A stretch of DNA of 63,179 nucleotides, filler included, from Malassezia furfur (taxonomy: Eukaryota): assembly GCA_052055015.1 (NCBI GenBank). It is 6 parts of 6 records of this genome, joined end to end, with 100 filler letters (N's around TTAATTAATTAA, not from the genome) between each part and the next. Parts side by side here need not be neighbours in the genome. Positions count along the whole stretch, not along the records: positions 10,769 to 21,279 come from JBQJIT010000391.1; positions 21,380 to 31,797 come from JBQJIT010000392.1; 4 more parts are not named here. The stretch is one strand, 5' to 3'. Below, one piece after another: positions 12,900 to 24,140 of this stretch (positions are counted from its first letter, which is position 1; each line of letters begins with the position of its first letter). The translations under genes and the position numbers were made by a program. Under the pieces are notes generated by a model. It saw only the letters and a program-made list of their open reading frames with translations, made no database searches and was not told where the DNA came from.

Positions 12900-13433
12900 A
12901 TGGTGCTGCTAACGACGTCGGACAACGAGCACTTCACCGTCGACCGCGACGTCGCGGAGCGGTCGGTGCTCATCAAGCAGATGATCGAGGACATTGGCGA
13001 GACGGATCAGCCAATCCCGCTGCCGAACGTGTCGTCGAGCGTGCTGGCCAAGGTGCTTGAATACTGTAGCCACCACCGCAACGATCTGCCGACGACGAGC
13101 GATGACGCGGACGAAATGCGGCGTCGCGCGACGGACATCTCGGAATGGGATGCCAAGTTCATCCAGGTCGACCAGGAGATGCTGTTCGAGATCATCCTGG
13201 CGGCCAACTACCTCGATATCAAAAGCCTGCTCGATGTGGGCTGCAAGACGGTGTATGTACCGCGCGAAACTGACAAACAGTGCGAATATGATCAAGGGCA
13301 AGCAGCCCGAAGAAATCCGCAAGCTGTTCAATATCCACAACGACTTTACGCCGGAGGAGGAGGCGCAGATCCGCCGCGAAAACGTACGTTGTGCGCCCCA
13401 CGACTAATACAGGAATGGGCCGAGGACCGCTAG
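12900..13433 (+). CDS. SKP1: SCF subunit Skp1; introns 13253-13280 (28 nt) and 13384-13412 (29 nt)
   Basis: [17 protein letters not shown]; spliced product reads [22 protein letters not shown]...RRENEWAEDR. Confidence 0.97.
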   Translation: MVLLTTSDNEHFTVDRDVAERSVLIKQMIEDIGETDQPIPLPNVSSSVLAKVLEYCSHHRNDLPTTSDDADEMRRRATDISEWDAKFIQVDQEMLFEIILAANYLDIKSLLDVGCKTVYVPRETDKQCEYDQGQAARRNPQAVQYPQRLYAGGGGADPPRKRTLCAPRLIQEWAEDR

Positions 13434-13959
13434 GTATGATATAGATGACAATTTCCTCGTTCTAGGGCATAGAGAGGCGCGGGCGTCGGCTTGCCGCCAT
13501 GCGCCCGGGCGGGCGGCTTGCGCCGTACGCCGTGGCGCCATCCAGAGAGGTGCAGACGACGTGTACATGTCTACCCATGCCTCCGTATCTCGCTATGCCC
13601 TGTATTATTGTCCAGGCTGACCCTGCTCTGCAACGCACGCAGGGGAGGGGCCCCCGATATGAATTGGCCCAAGCGCAGGTTTCGGCTCTGCGTAGCCGAC
13701 GGCGATTTGGGGAATTACGTTGAGTCCCTGCCGGCGACGCGCGTGATATATAAAGTCGCCCATCTTGCAGCCAAAAAATCGCCGCCGTGCGAAGGACGTG
13801 TGGGGGACCGTGGAACCACTTTTGTGCGTCGTCCACGCAACGCAAATTGGACACAGCATTTCACCTGTGCAATATTGCGTGTTCCCACCTACGCGGACTT
13901 CTTTTGCACGCGAGGTAGCGCCTGTGTATCTCCTGGCGGACTCCTAACCACCGCCGATC

Positions 13960-16900
13960 ATGGGCTCTCCTGCCACGCGTCTTGACCGGCTCGTGTCGCT
14001 GCTGGACATTGGGTCCTCGCAGTCGATCCGGTCGACGGCCGCCGTGCAGCTCGGGCAGATCGCGGCGCTACGTGTGCGCGGCGCAAGCACCACCGAGTCC
14101 AATGCACCGGCGGCATCTGAGGCGTCGACGGCGCCCACCCACGGCGCCGGCGCGCCTACGACCACCTACTGCGGCGTCGAGGGCGAGTGGGGCGAAGTCA
14201 CATCGCTGCTCGCGCGTGTCGTACCGCTCCTCCTATCCAAGTCGTGGGAAACCCGCAATGCGGCCGCGCAGGCCATATACCAAATTTCGCTCGCCGCGGG
14301 GACATGGGATCCGAGCAGCACCGAGACCGAGGACGAGGGCGACGCGGCAGCGGGGGCGGCGCCTGCGGATGCCGCGCCCGGCCCTGCGCCGCTCAAGTTT
14401 GCCGACTTCTCGCTGAGCACGCTGCTGACCGCCGGCACGAAACTCTTGGCGTCCGCCGGGAAGGAGTACGATGTGCCGGAACTGCTCTCGCGCGAGCGGC
14501 TGCAGCACGCCAAGAAGGACCTGCTGGGCAAGCTCGGTCTGGGCTTTGGCGGCGAGGACATTGATGTCGGCGTCGACATGGACTCGGAGCTGCAGCTCAA
14601 GGGCAAGCCGGCCAAGAAAGAGGAGACGCCCGCCGAAGTGCCGCCCGCGCCCAAGATCGAGGTCGAAGAGGTGCCTGAGCGCCAGCTGAGCGCGCGCGAG
14701 CGCAATCAGCTCAAGCGCAAGCGCAAGAACGAGGCCAAGATGAACAGCAATGCACGTCCTGGCGGCACATCGCCGCTCCCCCTCGTCGGCGGCACTGCGC
14801 CGTCGCCCGCGCGCGGCGACGAAGAGAAGGAGAAGCGCGTCAAGCTCGAGGGCGACGCCGAGGCGAAGCCCGCGGCCACGGCCACCGTCTCGCTGCAGGC
14901 CGCGCCCGGCGAATGGCCGTTCCGGGCGCTCGCCGAGCTGCTGAGCCTCGAGCTGTTCTCGCCGACATGGGAGTCGCGGCACGGCGCGGCGCTCGGTCTC
15001 CGCGAGCTGTTCCGCACGCAGGGCGCAGGTGGCGGGCGGCGTGTGGGCGTGTCGCATGCGTCGAACGCGGCGCGGCACGCCGTGTGGGCCGAGGATCTGG
15101 CCGTGCGCCTGCTGTGCGTCTTCGCGCTGGATCGCCTGGGCGACTTTGTGTTTGACCAGGTGGTGGCGCCCGTGCGCGAGACGGCGTCGCAGACGCTTGC
15201 GCAGCTGCTGCCGCACATGACCGGCGCGCTCGTGCGGCAGACGCACGCGGTGCTCCTTGAAATGATCCGGCAGGATACGATCAAGGCGCCCGACGCCCAG
15301 CAGGGCGCGCGGCGTGCCGAGTACGTGTGGGAGGTGCGGCATGCGGGCCTCCTCGGCCTCAAGTACGAGGTGGCGGTGCGGCACGACCTGCTGCGCCAGC
15401 GCGCGCCCGAAGAGCGCGACGCGGCGCTCGGGAGCGACATGCTCACCGACGTGGTGGATGTAGCGATGCTCGGCCTGCGCGACGCGGACGATGACGTGCG
15501 TGCGGTGGCGGCGGCGACGCTGCTGCCGGTCACCGAGGAGCTCGTCGAGCAGCACCTGGACCGGATCCCCCCGCTGCTCGACCAGCTGTGGTCGTGCATC
15601 AGCGACATGAAGGACGACCTGTCGAGCAGCACGGGCGGTGTGATGGACCTGCTTGCGAAGCTGTTTGGCTATGCGCGTGTGATGGAGGTGATGCAGACGC
15701 GCACGGGCGAGCACGCGCTCGTGGCGCTGATACCCCGGCTGTACACCTTTTTCCGGCACACGATCACGAGCGTGCGGCTGTCGGTGCTGAATGCGATGCA
15801 CGCCTTCCTGCAGGCGGACGCCGCGGACCATGCGTGGGTGGACGAGCGGCTGGTGCGGCTGCTGTTCCAGAACATGATTGTCGAGGAGCGCGCGCCGATC
15901 CGCGACGCCACCGCGCGTGTGTGGGCGCAGGTGCTCGGTGTGCTCGCCGCGGACCCCGAGCGCTTTGCGGCGTGCGTCTTGCCGTACATCCCGACGCTCT
16001 TCCGCATCGTCATGATGCCGATCGGCGAGCCGATTGACTACCAGCTCTTCTACAAGCCCGCGCAGACCACCGCGGGCGCGCGGATCGAGCACGACGTCGA
16101 CAAGGGCATCCTGTCGCAGGACCTGACGCTCGTCGGGATCGACACGGTGATCCGCGGTCGTCTCGGCGCCGCGACGGCGCTCGGCGAGGTGCTTGCGCGC
16201 CTGCCTCCCGCCGAGGAGGAGGCGTGCAAGCTGCTGCAGACCTACCTCGCGTCGACCTCGGCGCTGCAAAAGTGCCTCGCGTCGGTGGTGCTGCAGCGCT
16301 GGGCGGAGCTGGTGGCGCCGGGGTGCGTCGCCTTCCTCGAGACGCACCGGGCGGTCGCGCAGGTGCACCAGACGCTGCTGGCGCTGCTGGACGCGACGAT
16401 GCCGACGACGTATGCGGAAATGACGGTGATGCTGCAGCGCATGCAGCACGACTGCCAGACGCTGCTCAACCTGTTTGTGCGCGACGGGCGCCTGCCGAAG
16501 GCCAAGGTGCCGCCGATGCCGACGGGCGCCTTTACGCTCGAGGACGCGCGGCGCATCGCCCAAGACACCTACGCGGAGCTCGAGGCGCAGCTCGGGCCGA
16601 AGTCGCGCGAGTCGGCGCGCAACGTGCTCGAGGACCAGCGGCGCAAGATCCTCACCGGCGTCGAGCGCTACCAGACCACCAAGGAGACCGAGGACATCCT
16701 CGTGCTCTCGGCGGTGGCGACGGCGGTGATTGCGTGGGAGGTGCTGCCGCCCAAGCTGAACCCCGTGATCCGGAGCATCATGAACAGCGTCAAGTACGAG
16801 GAGAACGTGGACCTGCAGGCGCGCAGCGCCACGGCGGTCGCGCGCTTCCTCGAGCTGTGCAGCCGCCCCGGGGCGCGCGCGAACCCGAGTGCCAAGATCG

Positions 16901-19569
16901 TCAAGAACCTGTGCGCGTTCGTGTGCCAGGACACGTCGCACACGGCCGTCTTTGCGGAGGCCAAGGCGCAGACGGAGCGCATCTACACGCTCGCGACGCT
17001 CGACACGCCGCGCAAGCCGCCGGCCAAGGGCAAGTACGCCGAGCTCGCTGCGCCCGAGGACACCGGCCTGCAGGTGAGCCGCCTGATCCGCCGCGGCGCC
17101 GACCAGGCGCTGCAGCAGATCTGCGTGCAGTTCGGCGCGGCGCTGTGGGAGCGCGTGCCGGCGCTGTGGGAGGGCAGCGTCCAGCCGCTGCTCGACGCGT
17201 TTGCCGACGGCCGCACGGCGGACCTCGCCGCGGACGACGCGCTCGGGCAGGCGGTGCTCGACGCGTGCTCGGTGTGCGAGGCGATTGTGCCGCACCTCGA
17301 CGCGGCGCTGCACGCGACGCTCATGCCGCTGCTCACGACGCTCGTCAACGTCACGCAGAGCAGCGTCGCGGTGGTGCGCGCCGCCGGTGCGCGGTGCTAC
17401 AGCGTGCTGACGCGCGCGCTCACCGACCCGGCGATGCACGCGCTGGTCGAGCGCGTCGTGCCGCTGCTCGGCGACGCGGCGCACGTCGTGCACCGGCAGG
17501 GCGCGATCGAGACGCTGTCGCACACGGTGCGTGCGCTGGACGACCGGCTGCTGCCGTACGTCATCTTTTTGGTGGTGCCCGTGCTGGGGCGCATGAGCGA
17601 CAGCGACGAGGACGTGCGCCTGCTGGCCACGAACACGTTTGCGGAGCTCGTCAAGCTCGTGCCGCTCATCCACGGCCTGCCGGACCCGCCCGGCTTCCCG
17701 CCCGCGCTGCTCGCGCGCCGGCGCTCCGAGGAGGAGTTCCTGACGCAGCTGCTCGACGGCAGCAAGGTGCAGCCGTACACGCTGCCGATCGCGATGAAGG
17801 TCGAGCTGCGCAAGTACCAGATGGAGGGCGTGAGCTGGATGGCGTTCCTCGCCAAGTACCAGCTGCACGGCATCCTGTGCGACGACATGGGCCTCGGCAA
17901 GACGCTGCAGTCGATCACGCTCCTCTCGTGCAAGCACTTTGAGCGCGACGAGCGGTGGCGCGCGACGCAGGCGCCGGACGCGAAGCCGATCCCGTCGCTG
18001 ATCGTGTGCCCCCCCACGCTCACCGGGCACTGGGTGCACGAGATCCAGCAGTACTCGCCGAACCTGCGCCCGCTGCTGTACGCGGGCCACCCCGCGGAGC
18101 GCGCGCGGCTCCAGGCGCAGATCGCGTCGTACGACGCGGTGATCATGTCGTACGACGTGGTGCGCAACGACATTGCGGCGCTTGCGCCGCTCGCGTGGTA
18201 CTACTGCATCCTCGACGAGGGCCATGTGATCTGCAGCGCCAAGACCAAGACGACCAAGGCGGTGAAGCAGATCCGCGCGCAGCACCGCCTCATCCTGTCG
18301 GGCACGCCGATCCAGAACAACGCGCTCGAGCTGTGGAGCCTGTTTGACTTTTTGATGCCCGGCTTCCTGGGCACGGACCATGCGTTCTACGAGCGCTTCG
18401 CCAAGCCCGTGCTCGCGTGCCGCTCGGGCAAGCCGAGCGCCGCGGAGCAGGAGGCCGCGACGCTCGCGCTCGAGGCGCTGCACAAGCAGATCGTGCCGTT
18501 CCTGCTGCGCCGCCTGAAGGAGGACGTGCTCGACGACCTGCCCCCCAAGATCATCCAGGACGTCGAGTGCGACCTCGGCGAGGTGCAGAAGCAGCTCTAC
18601 GACGAGTTTGTCAAGTCGCAGGCGCGCAACGACGTCGAGGACGAGCTCGCGGGCGCGTCCGACGCCGAGGCCCCCGCCGAGGAGCCCAAGCAGCACGTGT
18701 TCCAGACGCTGCAGTACCTGCGCAAGCTGGCGAACCACCCGTCGCTCGTGCTCAACGCCAACGTCCCCGCGCAGCGCCAGCTGCTCGAGCAGGTCGAGAA
18801 GCAGCGCGGCACGCTCCAGGGCCTCGCGAACGCGCCCAAGCTCCAGGCGCTGCGCCAGCTGCTGCTCGACTGCGGCATCGGCACCGAGCCGAGCGCGGCG
18901 AGCGGCGCGCTGCTCGCCACCGCGTGCACCGAGGGCGCCGCCGTGTCGCAGCACCGCGTGCTCATCTTCTGCCAGATGAAGCAGATGCTCGACGTGATCG
19001 AGAACGACCTGCTCAAGCCGCTCATGCCGAGCGTGACCTACCTGCGCCTCGACGGCAGCGTGAGCCACGACAAGCGCCACGGGATCGTGCAGACGTTCAA
19101 CGCGGACCCGAGCATCGACGTGCTGCTGCTCACCACGTCGGTCGGCGGCCTGGGCCTCACGCTCACGGGCGCCGACACGGTCATCTTTGTCGAGCACGAC
19201 TGGAACCCGATGAAGGACCTGCAGGCGATGGACCGCGCGCACCGCCTCGGCCAAAAGAAGGTGGTCAACGTGTACCGCCTGATCACGCGCAACACGCTCG
19301 AGGCCAAGATCATGGGCCTGCAGGCGTTCAAGATGAACGTCGCCAACTCGGTGGTCACGCAGCAGAACAAGGGCATGGAGCTCATGGACACGGACCGCAT
19401 CCTCGACCTGTTTGGCAGCGCGGACGCGCCCGCTGCAGCGCCCGCCGCAGCGCCCGCGCGCGGCGCCAAGGGCAAGGGCATCAGCCAAAAGGCGCTCCTC
19501 GCGAGCCTCGAACAGATGCCCGAGGTGGAGGAGAACGAGTATGCGTCGCTAACGAATTGGGCGCCCTAG
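13960..19569 (+). CDS. MOT1: TBP-associated SNF2 ATPase Mot1/BTAF1
   Basis: N-terminal RLDRLVSLLD, DQVVAPVRET, HEAT region, GILCDDMGLGKTLQ, DEGH, QAMDRAHRLGQ. Confidence 0.97.
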   Translation: MGSPATRLDRLVSLLDIGSSQSIRSTAAVQLGQIAALRVRGASTTESNAPAASEASTAPTHGAGAPTTTYCGVEGEWGEVTSLLARVVPLLLSKSWETRNAAAQAIYQISLAAGTWDPSSTETEDEGDAAAGAAPADAAPGPAPLKFADFSLSTLLTAGTKLLASAGKEYDVPELLSRERLQHAKKDLLGKLGLGFGGEDIDVGVDMDSELQLKGKPAKKEETPAEVPPAPKIEVEEVPERQLSARERNQLKRKRKNEAKMNSNARPGGTSPLPLVGGTAPSPARGDEEKEKRVKLEGDAEAKPAATATVSLQAAPGEWPFRALAELLSLELFSPTWESRHGAALGLRELFRTQGAGGGRRVGVSHASNAARHAVWAEDLAVRLLCVFALDRLGDFVFDQVVAPVRETASQTLAQLLPHMTGALVRQTHAVLLEMIRQDTIKAPDAQQGARRAEYVWEVRHAGLLGLKYEVAVRHDLLRQRAPEERDAALGSDMLTDVVDVAMLGLRDADDDVRAVAAATLLPVTEELVEQHLDRIPPLLDQLWSCISDMKDDLSSSTGGVMDLLAKLFGYARVMEVMQTRTGEHALVALIPRLYTFFRHTITSVRLSVLNAMHAFLQADAADHAWVDERLVRLLFQNMIVEERAPIRDATARVWAQVLGVLAADPERFAACVLPYIPTLFRIVMMPIGEPIDYQLFYKPAQTTAGARIEHDVDKGILSQDLTLVGIDTVIRGRLGAATALGEVLARLPPAEEEACKLLQTYLASTSALQKCLASVVLQRWAELVAPGCVAFLETHRAVAQVHQTLLALLDATMPTTYAEMTVMLQRMQHDCQTLLNLFVRDGRLPKAKVPPMPTGAFTLEDARRIAQDTYAELEAQLGPKSRESARNVLEDQRRKILTGVERYQTTKETEDILVLSAVATAVIAWEVLPPKLNPVIRSIMNSVKYEENVDLQARSATAVARFLELCSRPGARANPSAKIVKNLCAFVCQDTSHTAVFAEAKAQTERIYTLATLDTPRKPPAKGKYAELAAPEDTGLQVSRLIRRGADQALQQICVQFGAALWERVPALWEGSVQPLLDAFADGRTADLAADDALGQAVLDACSVCEAIVPHLDAALHATLMPLLTTLVNVTQSSVAVVRAAGARCYSVLTRALTDPAMHALVERVVPLLGDAAHVVHRQGAIETLSHTVRALDDRLLPYVIFLVVPVLGRMSDSDEDVRLLATNTFAELVKLVPLIHGLPDPPGFPPALLARRRSEEEFLTQLLDGSKVQPYTLPIAMKVELRKYQMEGVSWMAFLAKYQLHGILCDDMGLGKTLQSITLLSCKHFERDERWRATQAPDAKPIPSLIVCPPTLTGHWVHEIQQYSPNLRPLLYAGHPAERARLQAQIASYDAVIMSYDVVRNDIAALAPLAWYYCILDEGHVICSAKTKTTKAVKQIRAQHRLILSGTPIQNNALELWSLFDFLMPGFLGTDHAFYERFAKPVLACRSGKPSAAEQEAATLALEALHKQIVPFLLRRLKEDVLDDLPPKIIQDVECDLGEVQKQLYDEFVKSQARNDVEDELAGASDAEAPAEEPKQHVFQTLQYLRKLANHPSLVLNANVPAQRQLLEQVEKQRGTLQGLANAPKLQALRQLLLDCGIGTEPSAASGALLATACTEGAAVSQHRVLIFCQMKQMLDVIENDLLKPLMPSVTYLRLDGSVSHDKRHGIVQTFNADPSIDVLLLTTSVGGLGLTLTGADTVIFVEHDWNPMKDLQAMDRAHRLGQKKVVNVYRLITRNTLEAKIMGLQAFKMNVANSVVTQQNKGMELMDTDRILDLFGSADAPAAAPAAAPARGAKGKGISQKALLASLEQMPEVEENEYASLTNWAP

Positions 19570-20545
19570 TGCGCAAAGAGCTGCGTGGCCTCCTCCGGGC
19601 TCTGCACTACGTAGAATCCTTGAATGCCCAAGTCAAACTGGTACGCCGCATCGCGCTTGCTCCCGCGCTCCGCCGTGTCGCGCCGCAGCACACTCAGCGG
19701 CGACGCCGTGTCCTCCTTCGCAGGCGCCTCGCCCACGTCCTCGTCGGCGGGCAGCAGCGGCGGCTCGAGCAGCACGCTGATGCCAACGCTCAGCACCTTC
19801 TCGCGCAGCATCGACACCTGCGACTCGCTCACGACGCCGGTGTTGGTCAGCACAAAGTCGTCGAGCGGAATGGTGATGGTCTGCCACGCGTCGCCCTTGG
19901 CGTCGTCGAGGAACAGGCGGTGCTGGTACAGGTCCGTGTTCACCGGGCCGTCCGTCTGCACGTTGATGAAGAACAGCGGGCCGGCGGTGCGCGGCGCCGG
20001 CACACCGGGGTACGGCAGGCCGAGCGCATGCACCGCGCGCGGCACCGCGGGGCCGGACGGGTCGTGCGCGTGGAGCGCCGCGCGCAGCGACGGGCCGGAC
20101 GCCTGCGCGGGCTGCGGCAGGTTGTTCTTGACGCGCAGCAGCAGGTAGGGGTACATGCTCGTGTCCCACGACTCGTTGCCGAAGAGCGTCGGGCGCGACT
20201 TGTTGCGGAAGGCCGCGTACCCGCTGCGCTCGAGCGACGCATTGCGCGGGATCTGCGAGGAAACCGTTCCGTAGAAGCGCGCGTACCCCTTGCCCGCGGC
20301 GTCCTGCTCGAGAGCGACGTGGCACCGCGAGATGCCGCCAATATCAGTGTCGGAGCCGGTCGCGATCTGTGCGATCTGCTTGGCGTTGGTGAGCTCGTAC
20401 AGCGGCATCACGTCGCGCACCGTGTCGGATGCACTCACGTCCATGCGGAGAACTGCGATCAGCCAGGTAACGTACTCCGCGCCGTCTCGCGCTGCAGTCC
20501 GTGCACGGTGCGCCCAAACGCCTGGCGCCACGCTGCGAGGGCCAT
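19566..20545 (-). CDS. CIA30: Complex I assembly factor CIA30/NDUFAF1; intron 20453-20475 (23 nt)
   Basis: SDTDIGGIS, RSGYAAFRNK, DLYQHRL, FVLTN; the spliced 5' exon MALAAWRQAFGR looks like a presequence. Confidence 0.88.
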
Positions 20546-20604
20546 GGTGGTGTGGGGTGTGGAGGTGCGGCGGCGGCGCCACGTGATACTTTCTTCGTCT
20601 TGCC

Positions 20605-21279
20605 ATGACGAACGCTGTGCCCCTGATCCGCCGTGGCGGCGCGCACGCGATGCGCGCTGCGCCGCGGTCGCTGGTGTCGGTGCGCTCGCTGCACGCGACG
20701 CGCTCGACGCAGGACGTGCCGCGCTCGCCGTTCCAGGTGTTCGTTCAGACGCTCCGTGAGGAGCTCCAAAAGTCGCGCGAGCTGCAGGACAACATGAAGC
20801 AGCTCCAGGGCCGCTCGGACAAGATCCAGGACTCGGAGACGATGCGCAAGGCGCGCGAGGCGTACGAGCGCGCGCGCATCATCTCGTCCATCAAGCACAA
20901 CCCGCGCCTCCAAGCCGCCGCCGAGCAGCTGCGCAAGAGCGGCGGGCAGGTCGGCGGCGCAATCGCCGCGACGCTCAAGCAGATGGAGGAGAGCGAGATC
21001 ATGCGCTCGCTGTCGGCCATGTCGGGCCGCGTGCGCCGCCAGCTCGAGGAGTCCACGGCGCCCGTGCGCAACACCGAGGTGTACAAGGCGTTTGCGCAGA
21101 CCATCTCGGAGGCGTTTGACGACGGCAGCGGCGCCATCGATATCCGCGTCGCCGAGGGCACGAGCGAGAGCGAGGCGCGTCGGCTGCGTCGCGAGGCACG
21201 CCTGCGCAAGATCGGGCGCCCGCCACCCGTGCACGACGTCGAGGCGGCGCCGGCGCCGGCGGCCGAGGAGGTCGACCCA
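20605..21279 (+). CDS. TIM44: Mitochondrial import protein Tim44, 3' truncated by the gap
   Basis: Presequence followed by RSPFQVFVQTLREELQKSRELQDNMKQL. Confidence 0.85.
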
Positions 21280-21379
21280 NNNNNNNNNNNNNNNNNNNNN
21301 NNNNNNNNNNNNNNNNNNNNNNNTTAATTAATTAANNNNNNNNNNNNNNNNNNNNNNNNNNNNNNNNNNNNNNNNNNNN
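21280..21379. other. Artificial contig spacer
   Basis: 44 N + TTAATTAATTAA + 44 N. Confidence 0.98.
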
Positions 21380-21847
21380 AATGTGGCGCTGCGCAAGGCG
21401 CTGCGCCCGAGCGACGACGCCGACGACCCCGCGATCCCGGGCGGCTTTCCGCTGGCCGTGGAGGATGCGGCGCCTGCGCCGTCGCCTGCGCGGCGCACAC
21501 GGCGCTCGTCGCGTGTGTCGGGCGACACGCTGAGTGCGTCGGCGTCGCTGTCGGCGCTTGCGTCGCCGGCCGGTGGGCGGATGCCGCGCAGTGCGACGCA
21601 CGCCGACGTCGTGGCGTACCCCCAGGCGTCGCTCGCGCGGCTTGAGGCGCTGCACGACGCGCGGCCGATTGCGCGGCGCACGCGCGCCCAGACCGCCGAG
21701 CTGGAGTCGCACGGGTCGCAGACGAGCGACGTGAGTGAGGCGCCTGCGACGCCGCAGCCGCGCACGCGCACCGCGCGGCGGCTGCGCACGGGGGGCGGTG
21801 CGACGTCGGGGACGCCTCGGTCGGCGCGGCGGCGTTCGGAGAAATAG
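21380..21847 (+). CDS. 3' end of an unknown low-complexity Arg/Ser/Ala-rich protein (5' lost in the gap)
   Basis: Open from the contig edge to TAG at 21847 and convergent with the FAA gene; no recognisable motif. Confidence 0.45.
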   Translation, partial: NVALRKALRPSDDADDPAIPGGFPLAVEDAAPAPSPARRTRRSSRVSGDTLSASASLSALASPAGGRMPRSATHADVVAYPQASLARLEALHDARPIARRTRAQTAELESHGSQTSDVSEAPATPQPRTRTARRLRTGGGATSGTPRSARRRSEK

Positions 21848-21892
21848 CAAGACCCTAAATATATCTACGTTGCAGGCGAGGTTGCGTCCTGC

Positions 21893-23954
21893 TCACGGGT
21901 ACACCTTGCTGATGGCGTCGCCGTACTTCTTCTCGACCTCCTTGCGCTGCACCTTTTGGGCGGCGGTGAGCGGCAGTTCCTCGTGTACGAGAACGATGGA
22001 CTGGAGCATCTCCATCGGGGCGAACTGGTTCGTCTTGCCGACGCTGTTGAGCTCCTTGAGGACAAATTTGGTCACCTCCTTGTTGTCGCACAGCGCCTCA
22101 AACTCCTCGTTTTCGTATTTGCTGAGGCCATTGGCGGCAAGCTCGGAGCGCAGCGTGTCCTCGCGCGGGAATACGACGGCCATGGGCTGCTTGGCGTCCG
22201 ACGAGGCGACCAGGCACAGGTTGGTCACGATGTTGCACGACTTGTACGTGGACTCGAGGCGCTCGAGCGCAATGTACTCGCCGCCCTGCAGCTTGACGAG
22301 GTTCTTCTTGCGGTCGATCAGCGACAGCGTCCCGTCCGAGTTCCACTGGCCAACGTCGCCGGTGCACAGCCAGCCATCGTCGGTGAGCGTCTCGGCGGTG
22401 ACGTCCGGGCGCTTGAAGTAGCCCTGCGTGACCGACGGGCCGCGGATCAGCACCTCGCCCTGCGGCGGGTCGTTCGTGGAGAAGTAGCGAGCGTCGGGCA
22501 CGTCGCGCAGCTTGATCTCGATCGAGGGCATCGGCACACCGACGCAGCCGTACTTGAAGTACTCGGGCGTGAGGATGGCGCACATGCTGGGTCAGTCAAA
22601 GCGGTACGTACGCAGAAGACTCGGTCATACCGTAGCCCTGGAGAATGTTGACGAGCGCCAGGCGCAGGAACTCGTGCGTGGCCTTGGAGATGGGCGCACC
22701 ACCCGACAGCGCCAGGCGCAAACGACCACCGGTCTGCTCGCGCACCGCGCGGAACACCACGGCGTCGGCCAGCTGCGACAGGCCCGGCACGTGGCGGCGC
22801 TTCGACCAGAGGCCCATGCTGAACATCTTGCGCTTGGTCGCGCTGGCGGACTGCACCTTGGACAGGATGCCCTTGCGAATCAACTCCCAGACGGCCGGCA
22901 CACCCACAAGGAGCGTCGGACGGAAGGCCATCAGGTCGCTCTTCGACTCACGCACCGAGGTCGCCGTGAGCGTCTTGACGCGGCCGTAGCCGAGCGTGAT
23001 GCCGCGGTACAGCATAAAGCACTCCACGACAAACTCGAGAATGTGCGCGAGCGGCAGGTAGGCCATCACCGAGTCGTCGTCGCGCAGGTACGGCTGGAGC
23101 AGCAGATCCACCGCCGCGACCGTCGCGACGAGGTTGGCGTGCGTCAGAATCACACCCTTGGGTGCGCCGGTCGAGCCGGAGGTGTACATGATGCACGCCA
23201 CGTCGTCCTTCTTCACCTGGTACGCCGAGGGGCGCTGCGATGCGTCGTGGCGCGCGCCGAGCTCGAGCACCTCGTCGAAGCGCATCACCTGCACGTGCGG
23301 GCGGCCGTGCATCTTCTCCTTGAGGCGCTCAAGCACCTGCGGGTCCGCCTCGCCGTCGTAGATCACGACGCGGACGCGCTCTGTCTTGTCGATCACCTGC
23401 TCAAGCACGCTGAGCTGCGCAGCGTTGGTGAAGACACCGACCACCTCGGGCTCCTCGAGCGAGACCTGCAGGCCGCTCGGGCCCAGCGTGTCGTAGGCGG
23501 TGCAGAAGGTGATACCGCAGCGGAAGCACGACTGCGCAACCACCTGCCAGTTGACGTGCGTCGACGCAAAGATGTTGAAGCGCGTCTCGTGGCTGAGGCC
23601 CAGCGCCGACAGACCGTTGCTAAAGTGGTCAATCATGTCGCACATTTCGTTGAGCGTCATGTACTTGTAGTCGCTCAGCACGTAGTACGTCCACTTCTTG
23701 GTGTCCTCCACGTCCTGGCCGTCGACCTTCTTGGTGATCTTCTTCTCCTCGTTGAGCTCACGCAAAATCTCGCGCGTCGCGATCATGCGCTTCGCGCCGT
23801 TTTTCTTGCGCGACGTCTCGAGCAGGTCCACCATGGTGTTAATGCCCTCCGCCGGGCGCTCCAGCAGCTTGTCCGGCGCCAGGAAACTACGCCGGACCTG
23901 CTCCGCGCTGCCATCTGCGCCGCTAACGGCCACACTCGCTTTGTGGTTCACCAT
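21893..23954 (-). CDS. Long-chain fatty acyl-CoA synthetase (Faa1/Faa4 family); intron 22587-22611 (25 nt)
   Basis: IMYTSGSTGAPKGV, YLPLAHILE, QGYGMTE, GWLCTGDVG, IDRKKNLVKLQGGEYIALERLE. Confidence 0.95.
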
Positions 23955-24140
23955 GGGGAATGAGAGAGGTGCAGATGCAAGAAGCCGCGTCGAGGTTCGT
24001 GCCACAAAAATCTGGGCCGGCGTCCATGCGCGCCTGTCCGCGGCCACCCAACAAAATTGCCGCGTGCTCCCCCCCGGTCCGCGGGGCTGCGGCCCCGCGG
24101 CCCCTGCAGTTCATCACGTGAGACGAGTCCGTGCACCACC

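Noticed and set aside
13770..13880. Sm-site-like AUUUUUUG and U1A-loop-like AUUGCAC on the minus strand upstream of MOT1
   Set aside because: No U1 5' end (ACUUACCUG) or U2/U5 signature found; more likely promoter sequence
14233..19488. 1751-aa antisense ORF over MOT1, and similar ones over BRR2, FAA, KRS1 and TAF6
   Set aside because: Shadow ORFs from extreme GC3 bias; the products have no recognisable motifs
22587..22611. Apparent frameshifts or pseudogenes in FAA, SKP1, BRX1, PP2A-A, POT1, KRS1 and others
   Set aside because: Each break coincides with a GT..branch..AG micro-intron that restores the frame
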